Shown: positions 36,074 to 48,261 of the stretch, in pieces
Layout: each line of letters opens with the position of its first letter
Position numbering within the stretch: position 1 is the stretch's first letter
NCBI GenBank assembly: GCA_001600815.1
Contig: BCKZ01000032.1
Span: forward strand, 62,001-126,000
Reading direction: 5' to 3'
Length of the DNA: 64,000 bases
Source of the DNA: Alloascoidea hylecoeti
Lineage: Eukaryota
Made by a program: the position numbers and the translations under genes
Notes under the pieces: model-generated
What the model was told of the DNA's origin: nothing
The model's input: the letters and a program-made list of their open reading frames with translations, nothing else
The model's database searches: none

Positions 36074-39000
36074 ATGGATCTTTTATCCGGACTAGATGAC
36101 TTACCAACTAGTTTGGCATCGTTTAAAAAAACAACACTGAAATTTCAACCTGAGGATGACAACGACTTAAGGATGTACGCGTCACTAGATCCAGAAGAGA
36201 ATGAGTCTGACGACTCCAATGTTCTATCTAACTTAGAAAAAACTTTAGATGATGTTGTTCATGGAATAAATAATGAAGAATATATGAAATCCACTCAAAA
36301 GATAGATATACCAGATTTTGAATCCAAAACAGATAACTCAAATGTTGTTTCTACCACAATAGAACGCGTCAGGAATAGATTATTAGGTAAATTTAAAGAA
36401 GGAAAGGAGAAAATTATTACAAAAAATAATGAAAAAAACGATAAAGGAGAAACGATAATTGCTGCCTCAGATGTTGAGCGTGATATTGAAAATACAATAC
36501 CATCTTTCAGTAATTTAAAACTCACGAAGATAAAGTTTACCAAAACCACGGAATCAGAAACCCATGATGAAGATATGAATACTGTAAATAAAACTCGGGA
36601 CGAGTCAACTTCTCAATTGAAACAAATCAGAAATAGTGATTTAGAAAGTTCACCCAAAGAATCGAAGGATAATATTAGTTCTGAAGATGAACTAAATCTC
36701 GAACGAAAAGAATCTGCATTGACAACTATAACTGCAATTGTGTCGCATAGTACTTCATTGTTTGTCAGCGAACCAGATGAAGATAAAATCCTGGATGGAA
36801 CAACTGAAAGTGATCCCCCAAAAAATTCTGATATTGTTTTAGCTTCTAATTTAACAGGAAATATACCACAAATATCCAATTCTCACGAAAGATTATCACG
36901 AAAGGAAAGAATCCAAAAATTAGTAGAAGAGAAAAGGAGAAAAAGAAATGAAAAAGAGAAACAAGAACAAGCCTTAAATGAAGAACAGCAAAATCAATCT
37001 GATAATGATAACAATAGTGACTTTGATGATGACAAGTATGAATCATCTTTACCAAAGAGAACTCCACGTCAAGTAAGTATTTGATGGCAATATATATCAT
37101 GAATATAACAGGCTCTAACATCAATTGAAAATTAGGCAAGCAAAAAAGCGAGAGAAGAGATAGAACGGGAAACACAGAGGATGGCCCGAAATCTTCAACT
37201 AGCTCCAGAAGTTCATACAAATATTATTTTTGAGAAATCAGCCTTGTTCAAAAAATTTGGTTTTAAAAGTAAAAACTCATCTTCAACTGTTCTCAAGAGT
37301 ATTGATAATGAGGATAAAAAGTAAGTGATACTATTTTTCTTTTCGTTAATATCTAGTTTCTAACTTTTTTTTAGAAATTCACCAATATCTAAGGAATCGC
37401 ACCCATCTAAAGGATATCTGGGAAGTATTAAATCAAATATTGTCAGCCTAGATTCTGATTCTGATTCCGATTCTGATTTTAGCTCTGATTCCGACTTTAA
37501 ACCTCCTATGAAAGCTACACCTATAAAAAATGCTCCCACAAAAATGCTTAATCCTTTAGAAGCCAGACTGGCCAGATTACGTGATATCGCCGCTCAAAAG
37601 AAAAAGATCAAAGATCAAAAACATATGAGTACTAAAGATCTAATGCAAATGCTTCGAGATAAAAATAGTGAACAACTTTCCAAAAAACAAAAGGAGAGAA
37701 TAGATTCATTAGGAGATCATGGCAAGTTATTATTATCTAGAGATGAATTAGAGAAAGAAAATGAAATTATAGAAAACCTGCTTGAGAAAGAACAACAAAG
37801 GGCTTTAGATTTACGGGAACGAGAAAAACAAGAAGCTATTAAAGCTAAAGTGAAGGAAGAAAAAGATTCTAATTATTATGATGTCAAAGATGAGGAAGAA
37901 ATTGTAGATGATGACTATGACGAAGAGGAAGAAATGCTAGATGAGCTTAGCGAGTCTGAGTTTGTTGTCCAAGCGGATGAAAATGAAAATGAAAATGAAA
38001 GTGATCAAGAAGGATCAGAAATCGAAGAAGAGGGTGAAGAAAGTGAGAGAGATGATAATTTACCTAACAAAGGCCAGATTGATGAATCTTCTTATCTTCA
38101 AGCCAATTCAGACGTTGAAGATGACCTTGTTCCTTTTTCAAAAGCCGCTAAAAGTCAGCGCCGTATTATTCAGGATGATGACGAAGAAGGAGAGGAAGAA
38201 ATTACACCATCAACTGAAAATTTGGATACTCAGATTGTTGGACCCCCTAAAATTGCAATTGGAGTGGGTGGTTTGTTCAATTTGGGTGGTGAAGCCAATA
38301 GTGTAGATAGTATGACGCTTTCACAAGCCTTTGATGCTACAATATCACAAACTATAGCCCCACAAAGAGCTGAGGATAAAGTAAAAGAAATGAGAACTCT
38401 TGCCGCTGATGTTATAGAGGAGAATCCTGATGAATCATTTATCTCAGAAATCGATGTAAAAGAAAGTTTTACCAGCGAACTAAGTACACAACAGATTAAT
38501 CACAATATCAACGAACAAGCAACTCAATTATCGATGTTTGATGCCCCTAGTCAAACACAACACTTTCCACTTACTCAAATCACTCAAGTCACTCAAAAGG
38601 ACACTCAAAATATTAATGATGATACTCAGGCTACACAAGCTATTTTATCTATAGAATCACAAGACACGGAACATACTTCTTCCCCTGTTGTAGATATGAA
38701 AACCTTAAAAAGAAAATTGGTTCAAAAATATTATTCTGAAGAAGATAGTGATGAGGAGGATAATAATAATGAAGAGGGCTTGATCTCGGCGAAGCGTCCC
38801 AAATTAACAGAGGCGGAAAAAATTTATAAGATTAAATTACGTGAAAAGAAACGACTTCAGAAACTTGCGGAGTTAAAGAATAGCAAGGCCAAACCAATCA
38901 TCGATGCCGAGGCTGCCGAATCTGAAGACGAATGGCAAGGTATTGGTGGTCAAGATGGTGAAAATTCAGAGGAAGAGGCTGATTCTGACGTTGAGCGAAT

Positions 39001-40102
39001 GATGGATGACACAACGCAGAAACTTAATGGAGATGAAATCCTGAAGCTTCGTGCTGCGATGGAACTTGAGGATGATACTAAGATGGTTGCAAAGCTTCTC
39101 ACTGATATTACAGAAGGTAATCTTAGAAAACGTAAAGGTGGGTATGATCTAGAATTAAGCGATGATGATGCGGATGAGGAGGCCATGCGTTTTAGAAAGG
39201 CAAGACTAGATAGACAAAAACAAAAGTTGCTTGAAAGTGCGGCCGGCATCTCTAAACTTGCCAATAACCCGAAGGCTAAAGCTTTTATTGACTCAATTGC
39301 GGAGTCTAATATAAAAAAAGAAGATATAACAATGAATTCGGCATTTGGGATCATTAATGATGTGGATAACACAAAAGACAATTCACAAGAAAACCCGTTT
39401 GTAGACGACGATAAAAAACATGAACAAGGGCCAGTAATGATTAACGGTCAAGTAATAAAGCAGTCAAAAGAAAATCATCTTACTGCTTCTGAGATCACAA
39501 CGAAGCTACAAACTAAAAAGAAAAACTTATTAACTGTGGAAAGTGTTCGCGAATCCTTATCATTTTTGATTGAATCTGATGAAGAAGAAGAAGCGAACGA
39601 TGCAGTGGTGATAGCGACGAGTGGTTTACAAAATATAACTCCTCAAGCTGACGAGCAAGAAGATGAAAACGATCTAGACTTTTATGAACTGAAACAAACT
39701 ACTAAGATAACAGATAAGAAAACAGTACAGCATAAAGAGCCCTCAATAAATGAATCAATTGTGATTGAAGATGACGATTTTGATATGTCTCCAAAGTTTT
39801 CATTTGCGCGCTCTTGTGTTATATCTAGCATGAAAAGTTCGTTTCTAGCAGATTCAATTACAGAATCATCAGAGAAGCCCAAAAGCGTTGAAATTACAAC
39901 GGTTCCCAAAATGGTTAATGCTTCCAAGGCTTCCATTTTATATATTAATAAAGCATCCAGGGCTTCTTCCAAATCAAGTTTGAAAACCAGTTTAATTTCT
40001 AAATCTCAAAAGCGAGAACTTAAATCTAAGAAACGAAAAGAGAAAAGATTACATGAAAACAAAATGAGAATGTTTTCATCTGGTGAATTTCGTGGGGCTT
40101 AA
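36074..40102 (+). CDS. MRC1: Replication checkpoint mediator Mrc1 (claspin-like), 3 exons
   Basis: Exons 36074-37072, 37136-37320, 37375-40102. ASKKAREEIERETQRM, SQ/TQ cluster, DAEAAESEDEWQGIGGQDGE and ANNPKAKAF motifs. Confidence 0.93.
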
Positions 40103-40781
40103 TTATTTCAGATATATTTGTGAAAATTCCATCTTGATTTTATTCAAAAGTTTTTTTGTTAGTTGCATTTTTTGTTATTACGGAGACTGCCCGCAGCCAG
40201 TAGGGTTTCTCATACATTTAAAACGATTATGCACACATATGTGGATAGGTTGTACATCGAGTATAATCTATACTTATAAATATCTGTGCTAAGAGTAGCC
40301 AAGCTTCAAGCTTAACGCTTATTTCATTAGTAATGCAGGGTTCGATATCATGATCAATGTTATCTAGATTCTTTTTAATACTTCTAACAAAGTGTGAGCA
40401 CTCATATTCTATAATCCAGATACATCAATTACAATTATAAGAATTAGTAAGTGTGTTTGATATATCTTCAATTAATAAACGTGGCTATTTATAGCAGTAG
40501 TAATATTATATACTATGACATAAACCTGATTTGTTGCATTGAAGGTTTAAGGCTTAGTACATGTACGAGTACATTTTCCTTCCTTCATATATAAATATTC
40601 ATGTTATATTTTAATTAATGTAACTGTAGCTCCTTAGAAGCATTCCGAGAATTTATTTCTCTTTTTTCCCCTTTCCTTTTAAACTTCCTTTATAATTTTA
40701 TATTTTATCACAGGTTTTCCCTCAAACAATATCTCAGTATATACCAAACCTTAAAAATATTTCAAAAATAATTATTTATTA

Positions 40782-42152
40782 ATGAGGCTGATTATAATAC
40801 ATTCACCTTTATATTATATTTATGTGTTCTTAACTTTTACATCTTTGGTGTCTTCAATAGATATTGATGTCACAAGTACATCTTCAATCAAAAATGCTTT
40901 ATATTTAATTCAAGATGGTGTTCTGGACTATTATCAAGGTACAACATATGGTGGTACCGTCGGCATGTTTGTAGATCCATACTATTGGTGGGAAGCTGGT
41001 GCTGCACTTGGTAGTTTGTTAGATACTTGGTACTTTACGAAAAATACAACCTATGAAGATTTGATAATGGCAGCAATGCTTCATCAAACCGGTGATGACA
41101 ATAATTATATACCAGAAAATCAAACATATACCGAAGGAAATGATGATCAAGGGTTTTGGGGTATATTGGCTATAGGTGCCGTCGAAAGAAATTTTACAAA
41201 TCCTGCTTCAGATGAGCCACAATGGCTATATTTAGCTCAAGCTGTTTATAATACAATGGCTGCAAGATGGGATTCTGATAATTGTGGAGGGGGTTTAAGA
41301 TGGCAAATATTTACTTGGAATTCAGGTTATGATTATAAAAATACAGTTGCAAATGGTTGTCTAATGCATATCGCCTCAAGATTGGCTCGTTATACAAGTA
41401 ATGATAGTTATGCCGAAACTGCTGAAAAAGTTTGGGATTGGGTAACTGATATCGGTTATATCACAAGTGATTATATTGTTTATGATGGTGGTGATATTTC
41501 TGAAAATTGTACCGATTATGTTAAGTATCGTTGGAGTTATAATTATGGTCTATATTTGTCTGCTTGTGCTTACATGTATAATTACACTGAAGACTCAAAA
41601 TGGTTAACAAGAGTTGAAGGTTTATTAAATGCAAGCTCTATATTTTTCAAAGATAATATAATGTATGAAGTTACATGTCAAAATGCTAAGACTTGTAATA
41701 ATGATGAAAGATGTTTCAAAGCAATTTTTTCAAGATTCTTAGGGCTAACGTCAACTATGGCTCCAACAACAAACTCAACAATTTACGAATATTTATCAAC
41801 TTCTGCTGCTGCTGCTGCAAAGACATGTAATGGCGGTTCTGATGGCCATACCTGTGGAATGAACTGGCAAAATACCACTTGGGATGGCTATTATGGTCTC
41901 GGTGAAGAAATGTCTGCTTTAGAAGTTATTCAAAATGTGCTTAGTGGAATGTATCATGCTCCATATTCTGCTAGTACTGGTGGAAGTTCAAATGGGTCAT
42001 CCGACGCTGGTGTTGAATCAAGTTCATCAAGCAGTCAATTAACCACTTATGACGTTACGATTGAATCAAAGGATAAAGCAGGTGCTGGTGTTTTAACGGC
42101 AGTTGGATTAATTATTTGGTTAGCAATTATTGGATGGATGGTGTTACCATAA
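40782..42152 (+). CDS. DCW1: GH76 GPI-anchored mannan endo-1,6-alpha-mannosidase/transglycosylase (Dcw1/Dfg5)
   Basis: Signal peptide; YYWWEAG, EGNDDQGFW and CGGGLRWQI motifs; DKAGAG plus hydrophobic tail. DCW1 versus DFG5 is not resolved. Confidence 0.9.
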   Translation: MRLIIIHSPLYYIYVFLTFTSLVSSIDIDVTSTSSIKNALYLIQDGVLDYYQGTTYGGTVGMFVDPYYWWEAGAALGSLLDTWYFTKNTTYEDLIMAAMLHQTGDDNNYIPENQTYTEGNDDQGFWGILAIGAVERNFTNPASDEPQWLYLAQAVYNTMAARWDSDNCGGGLRWQIFTWNSGYDYKNTVANGCLMHIASRLARYTSNDSYAETAEKVWDWVTDIGYITSDYIVYDGGDISENCTDYVKYRWSYNYGLYLSACAYMYNYTEDSKWLTRVEGLLNASSIFFKDNIMYEVTCQNAKTCNNDERCFKAIFSRFLGLTSTMAPTTNSTIYEYLSTSAAAAAKTCNGGSDGHTCGMNWQNTTWDGYYGLGEEMSALEVIQNVLSGMYHAPYSASTGGSSNGSSDAGVESSSSSSQLTTYDVTIESKDKAGAGVLTAVGLIIWLAIIGWMVLP

Positions 42153-42266
42153 CTTTAAATATACAGATATATATCATTTTTAACTTTACCTTCTCCCAAT
42201 GATTTTCTTATAATCATAACTAAATTAATTCGTAGTTAGTAGTTAGTAGGGTCCTTGAGCTTGTAT

Positions 42267-42979
42267 GTAGAATATCGCGATTGAAATCATTACAATTTAA
42301 GATTAGGACCAGTGAGTTGAACAAGATCAAGGTTTACAGCCACTCAAAAATAAGTGTTTACTAGAACAGACACCAACGACACAAAAAAATATGAATTCAC
42401 TAGATATTCTGTAAATATATACTACTTATCCTAATAAATTCTTCTGACCTCTTTTTGCACTCTCTTTTGTTTCTAATTCAAAGTTGGAAGGTTTCTTCTT
42501 CTTTTTTACCGTATTATATCAAGTGTAATAAGGTTTCCTTTTTCCATGTAATAACCAACTCCTGGACCATTTTTGCCTTCATAGTTTCATTTGGCTTTTA
42601 AAGGGCCCACTGCCACCAAGTGTTTAGGTTTGGAAGTCTAACCGGTTTGTGCTCCTCGAAAATTCTCTATCTAGCATGCCTCCGCATATTATTTCTAGTT
42701 TTCAATAAAATTCTCTCGATTCATCTTTATTTGAAAGTCCTCTTGAGTATTCTTCTTCGACCTTAAGCAAGTTATCTTCTGGTGGTGGTATATCACCATC
42801 ATGGTTCGATCAAAAGGCAAACTCCGGTTGGTATTTATTTTTGCCCATTAAGGCATCTTTTGGACTTTACTATTGTTGCTGGTTAAAAGAGACTACGGGT
42901 TTTACGTTTTGTAGATGTGGTTAAGAACGATGGTCTCGTTCTAACCGTTGCCTCTTCTTATGCGTAGAATATCGCGATT
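42267..42979. mobile_element. ~680-bp degraded insertion bracketed by a 16-bp direct repeat
   Basis: GTAGAATATCGCGATT at 42267-42282 and 42964-42979; interior is purine-rich on the minus strand with broken frames. Confidence 0.35.
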
Positions 42980-43164
42980 AAAAAAAATCATCACAACTTA
43001 CACAATTAACTTGTGAAAATCCTTTAAGCACTAACAATCTATGTAAATCATCCAACTGGCTGTAGTTATAAATTAACTTATATTTATAAACCTATGCATT
43101 TAAAAATCACATTACATACTTATCAAATTACTCTGGGGCTTATAATCAATCATAGTCATTGATA

Positions 43165-44622
43165 TCAATCTTGATTATATTTAAACCCTTGGGCTTCATA
43201 AAACTTGGGAGTACAACTTCCTTGACCAAAAGACATATCCCTTGTACTTCTACAAGTACATTTATTTTTCATTCTTATTTCAGGGTCACTTGGACAAACA
43301 GTATTTGGAGCATGATAATAACCAAAATCATTAAATAAATGAATTTGATCTTTTTTAAGAAAAATTGAAGCAAAAATTGAATGAACAGGCGCATCACCCC
43401 ATCTTTCATAAAAAAATCCACCTTTTTTATCTAAATAATTGAAATAATCTGTATATTTTTGAGATCTCCAAACATCTAAATCAGCAATTTCAAAATTTGA
43501 CCAAAAATGACAACCATTAAAAGATTTACCACCATCATCAGAAACAAATTTTAATAAATTATTTTTACTTTCTTTTTTTGAAATTTTTTTTTTATAATCA
43601 TTATTTTTAAGATTTATAAATTCTAATGTTGAATCCCAAAGTGTTTCAACAGTTTCCATAAATTCATACATACTTATTGTAAAGCCATATTTTTTATCAT
43701 TTTCTTTCATAAATCTAAATATATCATAATCAATATTACAAAATAATCTTGTTGCAGGTTCAACTCTCCAATAATATTTATATTCCGATAATAATGGATG
43801 TCTCCAAAAGAAACCAGATTGATATCTACACATATGACGATAAGATTCTGAACCACCATAGATGATCCCATCTTGTTCCATTTTTTGACGATGTTCATAA
43901 GCTAATGTTTGGTTTATCCAATCTGGATAACTCCATTGATCTTTTGTAACTAAGCCGAATTTAACCTTCCCACTACAAACATCTAATAATTTATCAATTA
44001 CTTCATCAGTGAATTTTTCATCATTTAAAAATATCCAGTCATAATGGAAAAATTGATTAAATCTTTTTTCAAATGTTCTTATTGCTCTAACCATTTGAGT
44101 AACTTCTGAATTTCTAACTAATGATATGAAAGTAGCACTTTCTCTTTTTAAAAGATTTGGATTTTCTTTGATTTTTTCAATTTCTATTGGATCTGAATAA
44201 TTTATTGGAACTCTAACATGTAAATTATCGTCATGAATTTCTAATCGATGTACTGGTGGTTTATATTCAATTTCTTCATCATCTTTATACTCAAGATATA
44301 ATTCATCATAATAATCTTTTAATTCAAATTCGTATTTTATTCTATTGATTTTTTGTTCTTCAGTTTCATGATTAATATCTTTTAATGGTGGTAATATTTC
44401 TTTTGTATTTGTATCTTCGGCTTCATTATTATCAATATTGCTATTTTCATTCCAACTCTTTGGTATTGATGAAGATATTGTTTCTAACACACGGGATGAA
44501 TTATCTGTTAAAATAATAGTTGTTATAATGATGGAGATTATTGTTAATCCTGAAATTATTAGAAACTTCCAAGCTCTTTTATTTGCCCGAAGTTTTATGT
44601 GTGTAAAATTAAGGAATCCCAT
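43165..44622 (-). CDS. GT15 alpha-1,2-mannosyltransferase (KRE2/KTR family) paralog 1
   Basis: Type II TM; ATFISLVRN, SYRHMCRYQSG, YWRVEPA, CHFWSNFEI and ERWGDAPVH motifs. Confidence 0.95.
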   Translation of the reverse strand: MGFLNFTHIKLRANKRAWKFLIISGLTIISIIITTIILTDNSSRVLETISSSIPKSWNENSNIDNNEAEDTNTKEILPPLKDINHETEEQKINRIKYEFELKDYYDELYLEYKDDEEIEYKPPVHRLEIHDDNLHVRVPINYSDPIEIEKIKENPNLLKRESATFISLVRNSEVTQMVRAIRTFEKRFNQFFHYDWIFLNDEKFTDEVIDKLLDVCSGKVKFGLVTKDQWSYPDWINQTLAYEHRQKMEQDGIIYGGSESYRHMCRYQSGFFWRHPLLSEYKYYWRVEPATRLFCNIDYDIFRFMKENDKKYGFTISMYEFMETVETLWDSTLEFINLKNNDYKKKISKKESKNNLLKFVSDDGGKSFNGCHFWSNFEIADLDVWRSQKYTDYFNYLDKKGGFFYERWGDAPVHSIFASIFLKKDQIHLFNDFGYYHAPNTVCPSDPEIRMKNKCTCRSTRDMSFGQGSCTPKFYEAQGFKYNQD

Positions 44623-45270
44623 AGTCTATATCATAATAATCGGTGCAAATATGTAGGTAAGAATTCAATGAATATAAAATGCAATGTTAAGATATCAATG
44701 TGTTATATTATAGCGGATGATGAGTTGATGGAGTTTTTAAGTAATAATAACTATTGTATTTTTTTTCAGGTTTACATAAACCTCAAAAAGTTAATATATA
44801 AATAATTGTAAAATTTTAAAGCAATCTGTTTCAAAGGAGGGAGAATGTTTAAGGTTTGCGAAAAAGCTTGGCAAGTTGAAATAGATGAAGAAAACAAAAC
44901 AGAAAACAGAAAGCAGAAAGTAAGAACAAATTTATAAGGAAAAAACTACTTTTAAATTCATAACTGATAAAGAAATCCTTGTTTTTATTAGAATGTGGAT
45001 ATAAAAATCTTATTGTTATATATATATTAGAAAGGGCTTTTGAAACATTATCAGATTTATTTTTACACGTTTTACTGATTTTTGGCGTATTATTATACGC
45101 GTGCGGCACCGTAAACGCATAAGATATTAAGAATCTATTTTTATCATTAATATTGTTTATCATTAATTGTATAATTTTTATTATTTTGGGATATAAATAA
45201 GTATATAATGTTGGAACCGATAACACCAAAAAGTCTCACGACCCTTGTATATATATATCGACCCACTTAA

Positions 45271-46671
45271 TTACCATCTTGGGGTTGGCATTTTATATTT
45301 ATTGATTTTTAAATATCTTGGAACACAACTCCAACGATTATAAGTAATATCTTTATCACTACCATCACAAATACATCTATTAGCAAGCCTTACAGCAGGA
45401 TCTTTTGGGCACGTTTTACTAGGAGCATGAAAATAACCAAAATCATCAAAGAAATGAAATTCTTCTGGTTTTAAAAACAATGCGGCACCAATTGAATGAA
45501 CAGGTGCATCGCCCCATCTTTCATAATAAAATCCACCAGATTTATCTAAATAATTGAAATAATCTGTATATTCTTTTGATCTCCAAAAATCCAAATCACC
45601 AACTTCAAAATTTGACCAAAAATGACAAAAATTATAAGATTTTCCTTTATCATTTGATATAAAATCTAATAAATTATTTGAATTTATATTTGAATTTAAA
45701 ATATTTGGATAAAATTCTTTTAAAAATTTTTTAGTTGTATCCCATAATGTTGGAATTGTACTTGGAAAATCAACAATTGATATAGTAAAACCATATTTTT
45801 TTTTATTTTCATTCATAAATTTAAAAATATCATAATTTATATCACAATAAATCTTAATATCTGGTTCAACTCTCCAATAATATTTATAATTTTTTAATAA
45901 TTCATTTTTAAAAAAAAATCCTGATTGAAATCGACACATGTTACGATAGGATATTGAACCACCATAAGGAATTTCTTTTATTTTCATCTCTGTTATTTTT
46001 GTTTGTGCCAACTCTTTATCAATCCATGATGGCATCCCCCATTCTTCATCAATTGATGTATTTAATAATCCAAATTTAACATTTCCTGAACACATATTTG
46101 TCACATACATTTTAAATTCTGATGTAAATGGCTCATCATTCAAAAAAACCCAATCATAATGAAATTTTGAATTAAATCGATCTTCAATAATTCTAATTGA
46201 ATCAATCATACCTTTTAATTCTGAATTTCTAACTAATGTTACAAAAGTTGCATTTTCTCTTTTATTATATTTTTGTGATTTTTCATCTTCTGTTAACTTA
46301 ACATACGATGATACACCATCATCATCATTCACATATTTGGCATATTCAGGTGGATTATATGGCACTTCCTCTTTTCGTCTTTCCTTTAAAAGTTCATTAA
46401 AAGTTATATTATAAAAAGCGTCTAATTGTTTTTCATAGTCTTTTGGTGGGGCCGCACTCGTTGTTTTATGATTATATTTCGAAGGGATTTGAAGACTAGG
46501 TCTATGAGGATAATGATATTTGTTATTAATTATTGAATTCAGTTCTTCTATAGATGAATCTGATTTTGAATCTTTAAGAAGGTAATGTAGAATTAATGAT
46601 AATGTTACAAATGATAAAACTTGTAATGCGATAGTTAAGGTTAAGCATTTTCTTATTTTTAGAATAGACAT
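45271..46671 (-). CDS. GT15 alpha-1,2-mannosyltransferase (KRE2/KTR family) paralog 2
   Basis: Start MSILKIRK at ATG 46671; YWRVEPDIK, CHFWSNFEV and ERWGDAPVH motifs. Confidence 0.95.
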   Translation of the reverse strand: MSILKIRKCLTLTIALQVLSFVTLSLILHYLLKDSKSDSSIEELNSIINNKYHYPHRPSLQIPSKYNHKTTSAAPPKDYEKQLDAFYNITFNELLKERRKEEVPYNPPEYAKYVNDDDGVSSYVKLTEDEKSQKYNKRENATFVTLVRNSELKGMIDSIRIIEDRFNSKFHYDWVFLNDEPFTSEFKMYVTNMCSGNVKFGLLNTSIDEEWGMPSWIDKELAQTKITEMKIKEIPYGGSISYRNMCRFQSGFFFKNELLKNYKYYWRVEPDIKIYCDINYDIFKFMNENKKKYGFTISIVDFPSTIPTLWDTTKKFLKEFYPNILNSNINSNNLLDFISNDKGKSYNFCHFWSNFEVGDLDFWRSKEYTDYFNYLDKSGGFYYERWGDAPVHSIGAALFLKPEEFHFFDDFGYFHAPSKTCPKDPAVRLANRCICDGSDKDITYNRWSCVPRYLKINKYKMPTPRW

Positions 46672-47245
46672 AATTAAAACTTCACAACATAAACACAATT
46701 CAAGAAAAAAGACAAAAAAAAAAAAGAAAAGCACCTAAGAATTAAAGGAATGAAAACAGAGGCTTAGATGAAATATATCCTTAAATTTCATCGTGCTATA
46801 GTTACATATTTTTTGTGTATCCAACAACAGCTGGTATGGGATAGGTCGCGCGGGCCGTAATTTTGAAGGCTGAGATCTACATGGTACATAAAACTGGAGG
46901 CTAACAATTGCAAACTCCCAGGAAATTGTCTTTCTAAGCCCATGAATTTTATATTTGGTGCACTGCAATTACATAATCCGACCTTGGGATTCTGGGTTAA
47001 TAAACATATTCAACCCTAAGAAACTGTTATAATTATGATTACAGATGTAATGAACTTATATTATAATTAATATTAACAATTATAACCGTTAATATAGTGC
47101 CAGCATTGACAACTGAAGTAGAGTTTCAGGTACTCAAATATTATTCTTTAAAATACGTATAACACGGGAATCCAAGGATAATGAAACATTATGAAAAATG
47201 AGGAATGTGATGGGTTAATTATATTACTTTTATATAAAAGTTATT

Positions 47246-48014
47246 TCAATTTTTTAAAGAAGATGCTCTTCTCTTTCTAATTTCAGCCTTTTCAGTTTTT
47301 CTTTCATGTAATCGTTGTGCCAATAAATGAGCATATTCAGCAGCAGCTTCTCTTTGAGCTTCAGCATTTTTAATTTTTAAAGCTTTTAAGTGTCTTTTTC
47401 TTTGTAAAGTTTGTGGTGTAACCAATCTTTGAATCTTTGGAGCTTTTGTATATGTTTTACCATTTTTACCAGTAACTTCACGACGAATAACAAATTGTCT
47501 AACATCATCTTCTTTTGTCAAATTAAAGAATTTTCTAATATTATTTGCTCTTTTTGGTCCTAATCTTTTAGGTGTTGTAACATCAGTTAAACCTGGGATA
47601 TCAGAATCGCCTTGTTTAACAATTGTTAAAGCTAAAACAGCTAAATCTGGTCCAACGATTGCACCACGAACAGATTTTCTTTTTCTTTCACCGGTTCTTC
47701 TTGGTCTATAACATGAAGTACCCTTTGACATTAATAATTTGACTCTTGTTGGATGTAAAACACCTTGTTTCATTGGGAAACCTTGCTTATCGTTACCACC
47801 AGAGATTCTGAATAGATAACCTTTGAATTCATCACCTACTGAATCACCCTCAACTTCTTGTCCCATACGCTTGTCGTAAAAGATTCTAACACGATGTTCA
47901 TCATCAATTTCAAATGTCTTTTGTGTGCCATTGGCTGGATATGAAATGTTGAGCTATAATCGGTGTTAGTACACATCGTTATCGTTTTAATGGTGAAATC
48001 CAGCATACCTTCAT
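47246..48014 (-). CDS. RPS6: 40S ribosomal protein eS6, 2 exons
   Basis: Exon 1 ATGAAG 48014-48009; intron 48008-47954 (GTATGC..ACTAAC..TAG); exon 2 LNISYPANG...RRASSLKN. Confidence 0.97.
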
Positions 48015-48126
48015 TTTCGTATACGGTGATTATTCCAATATATTTGCTTAAAGATGTGTTTAATTTCCATCCTCTACAAAAATGCCGGTCTCCCATTTAC
48101 ACGCAGCCTTTTGTTTGTGGTCGTCC

Positions 48127-48160
48127 CGGATGTGGTTTAGCCCTACCATCCACCACGTGA
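48127..48160. promoter_or_regulatory. Tbf1-like TAGCCCTA and Cbf1 TCACGTG sites in the RPS6 promoter
   Basis: TAGCCCTA at 48138-48145; CACGTGA at 48154-48160; minus-strand ACATCCG at 48133-48127. Confidence 0.6.
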
Positions 48161-48261
48161 TATGCCGGTTTATAATCCTAAGTGAATTACAAGCGGACGG
48201 TTTACACTGCTTACCCCTTCGTTCCTTCGCTCCTTCATTCAATTTGCTACCAACGTTAAAA

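Noticed and set aside
35977..36100. Point centromere starting at CDEI-like ATCACGTG
   Set aside because: No very AT-rich CDEII followed by a CCGAA CDEIII on either strand; better explained as a promoter Cbf1 site.
40335..40355. tRNA (GGTTCGA B-box-like; also near 42803)
   Set aside because: No cloverleaf or A-box; no tRNA gene was recognised in the window.
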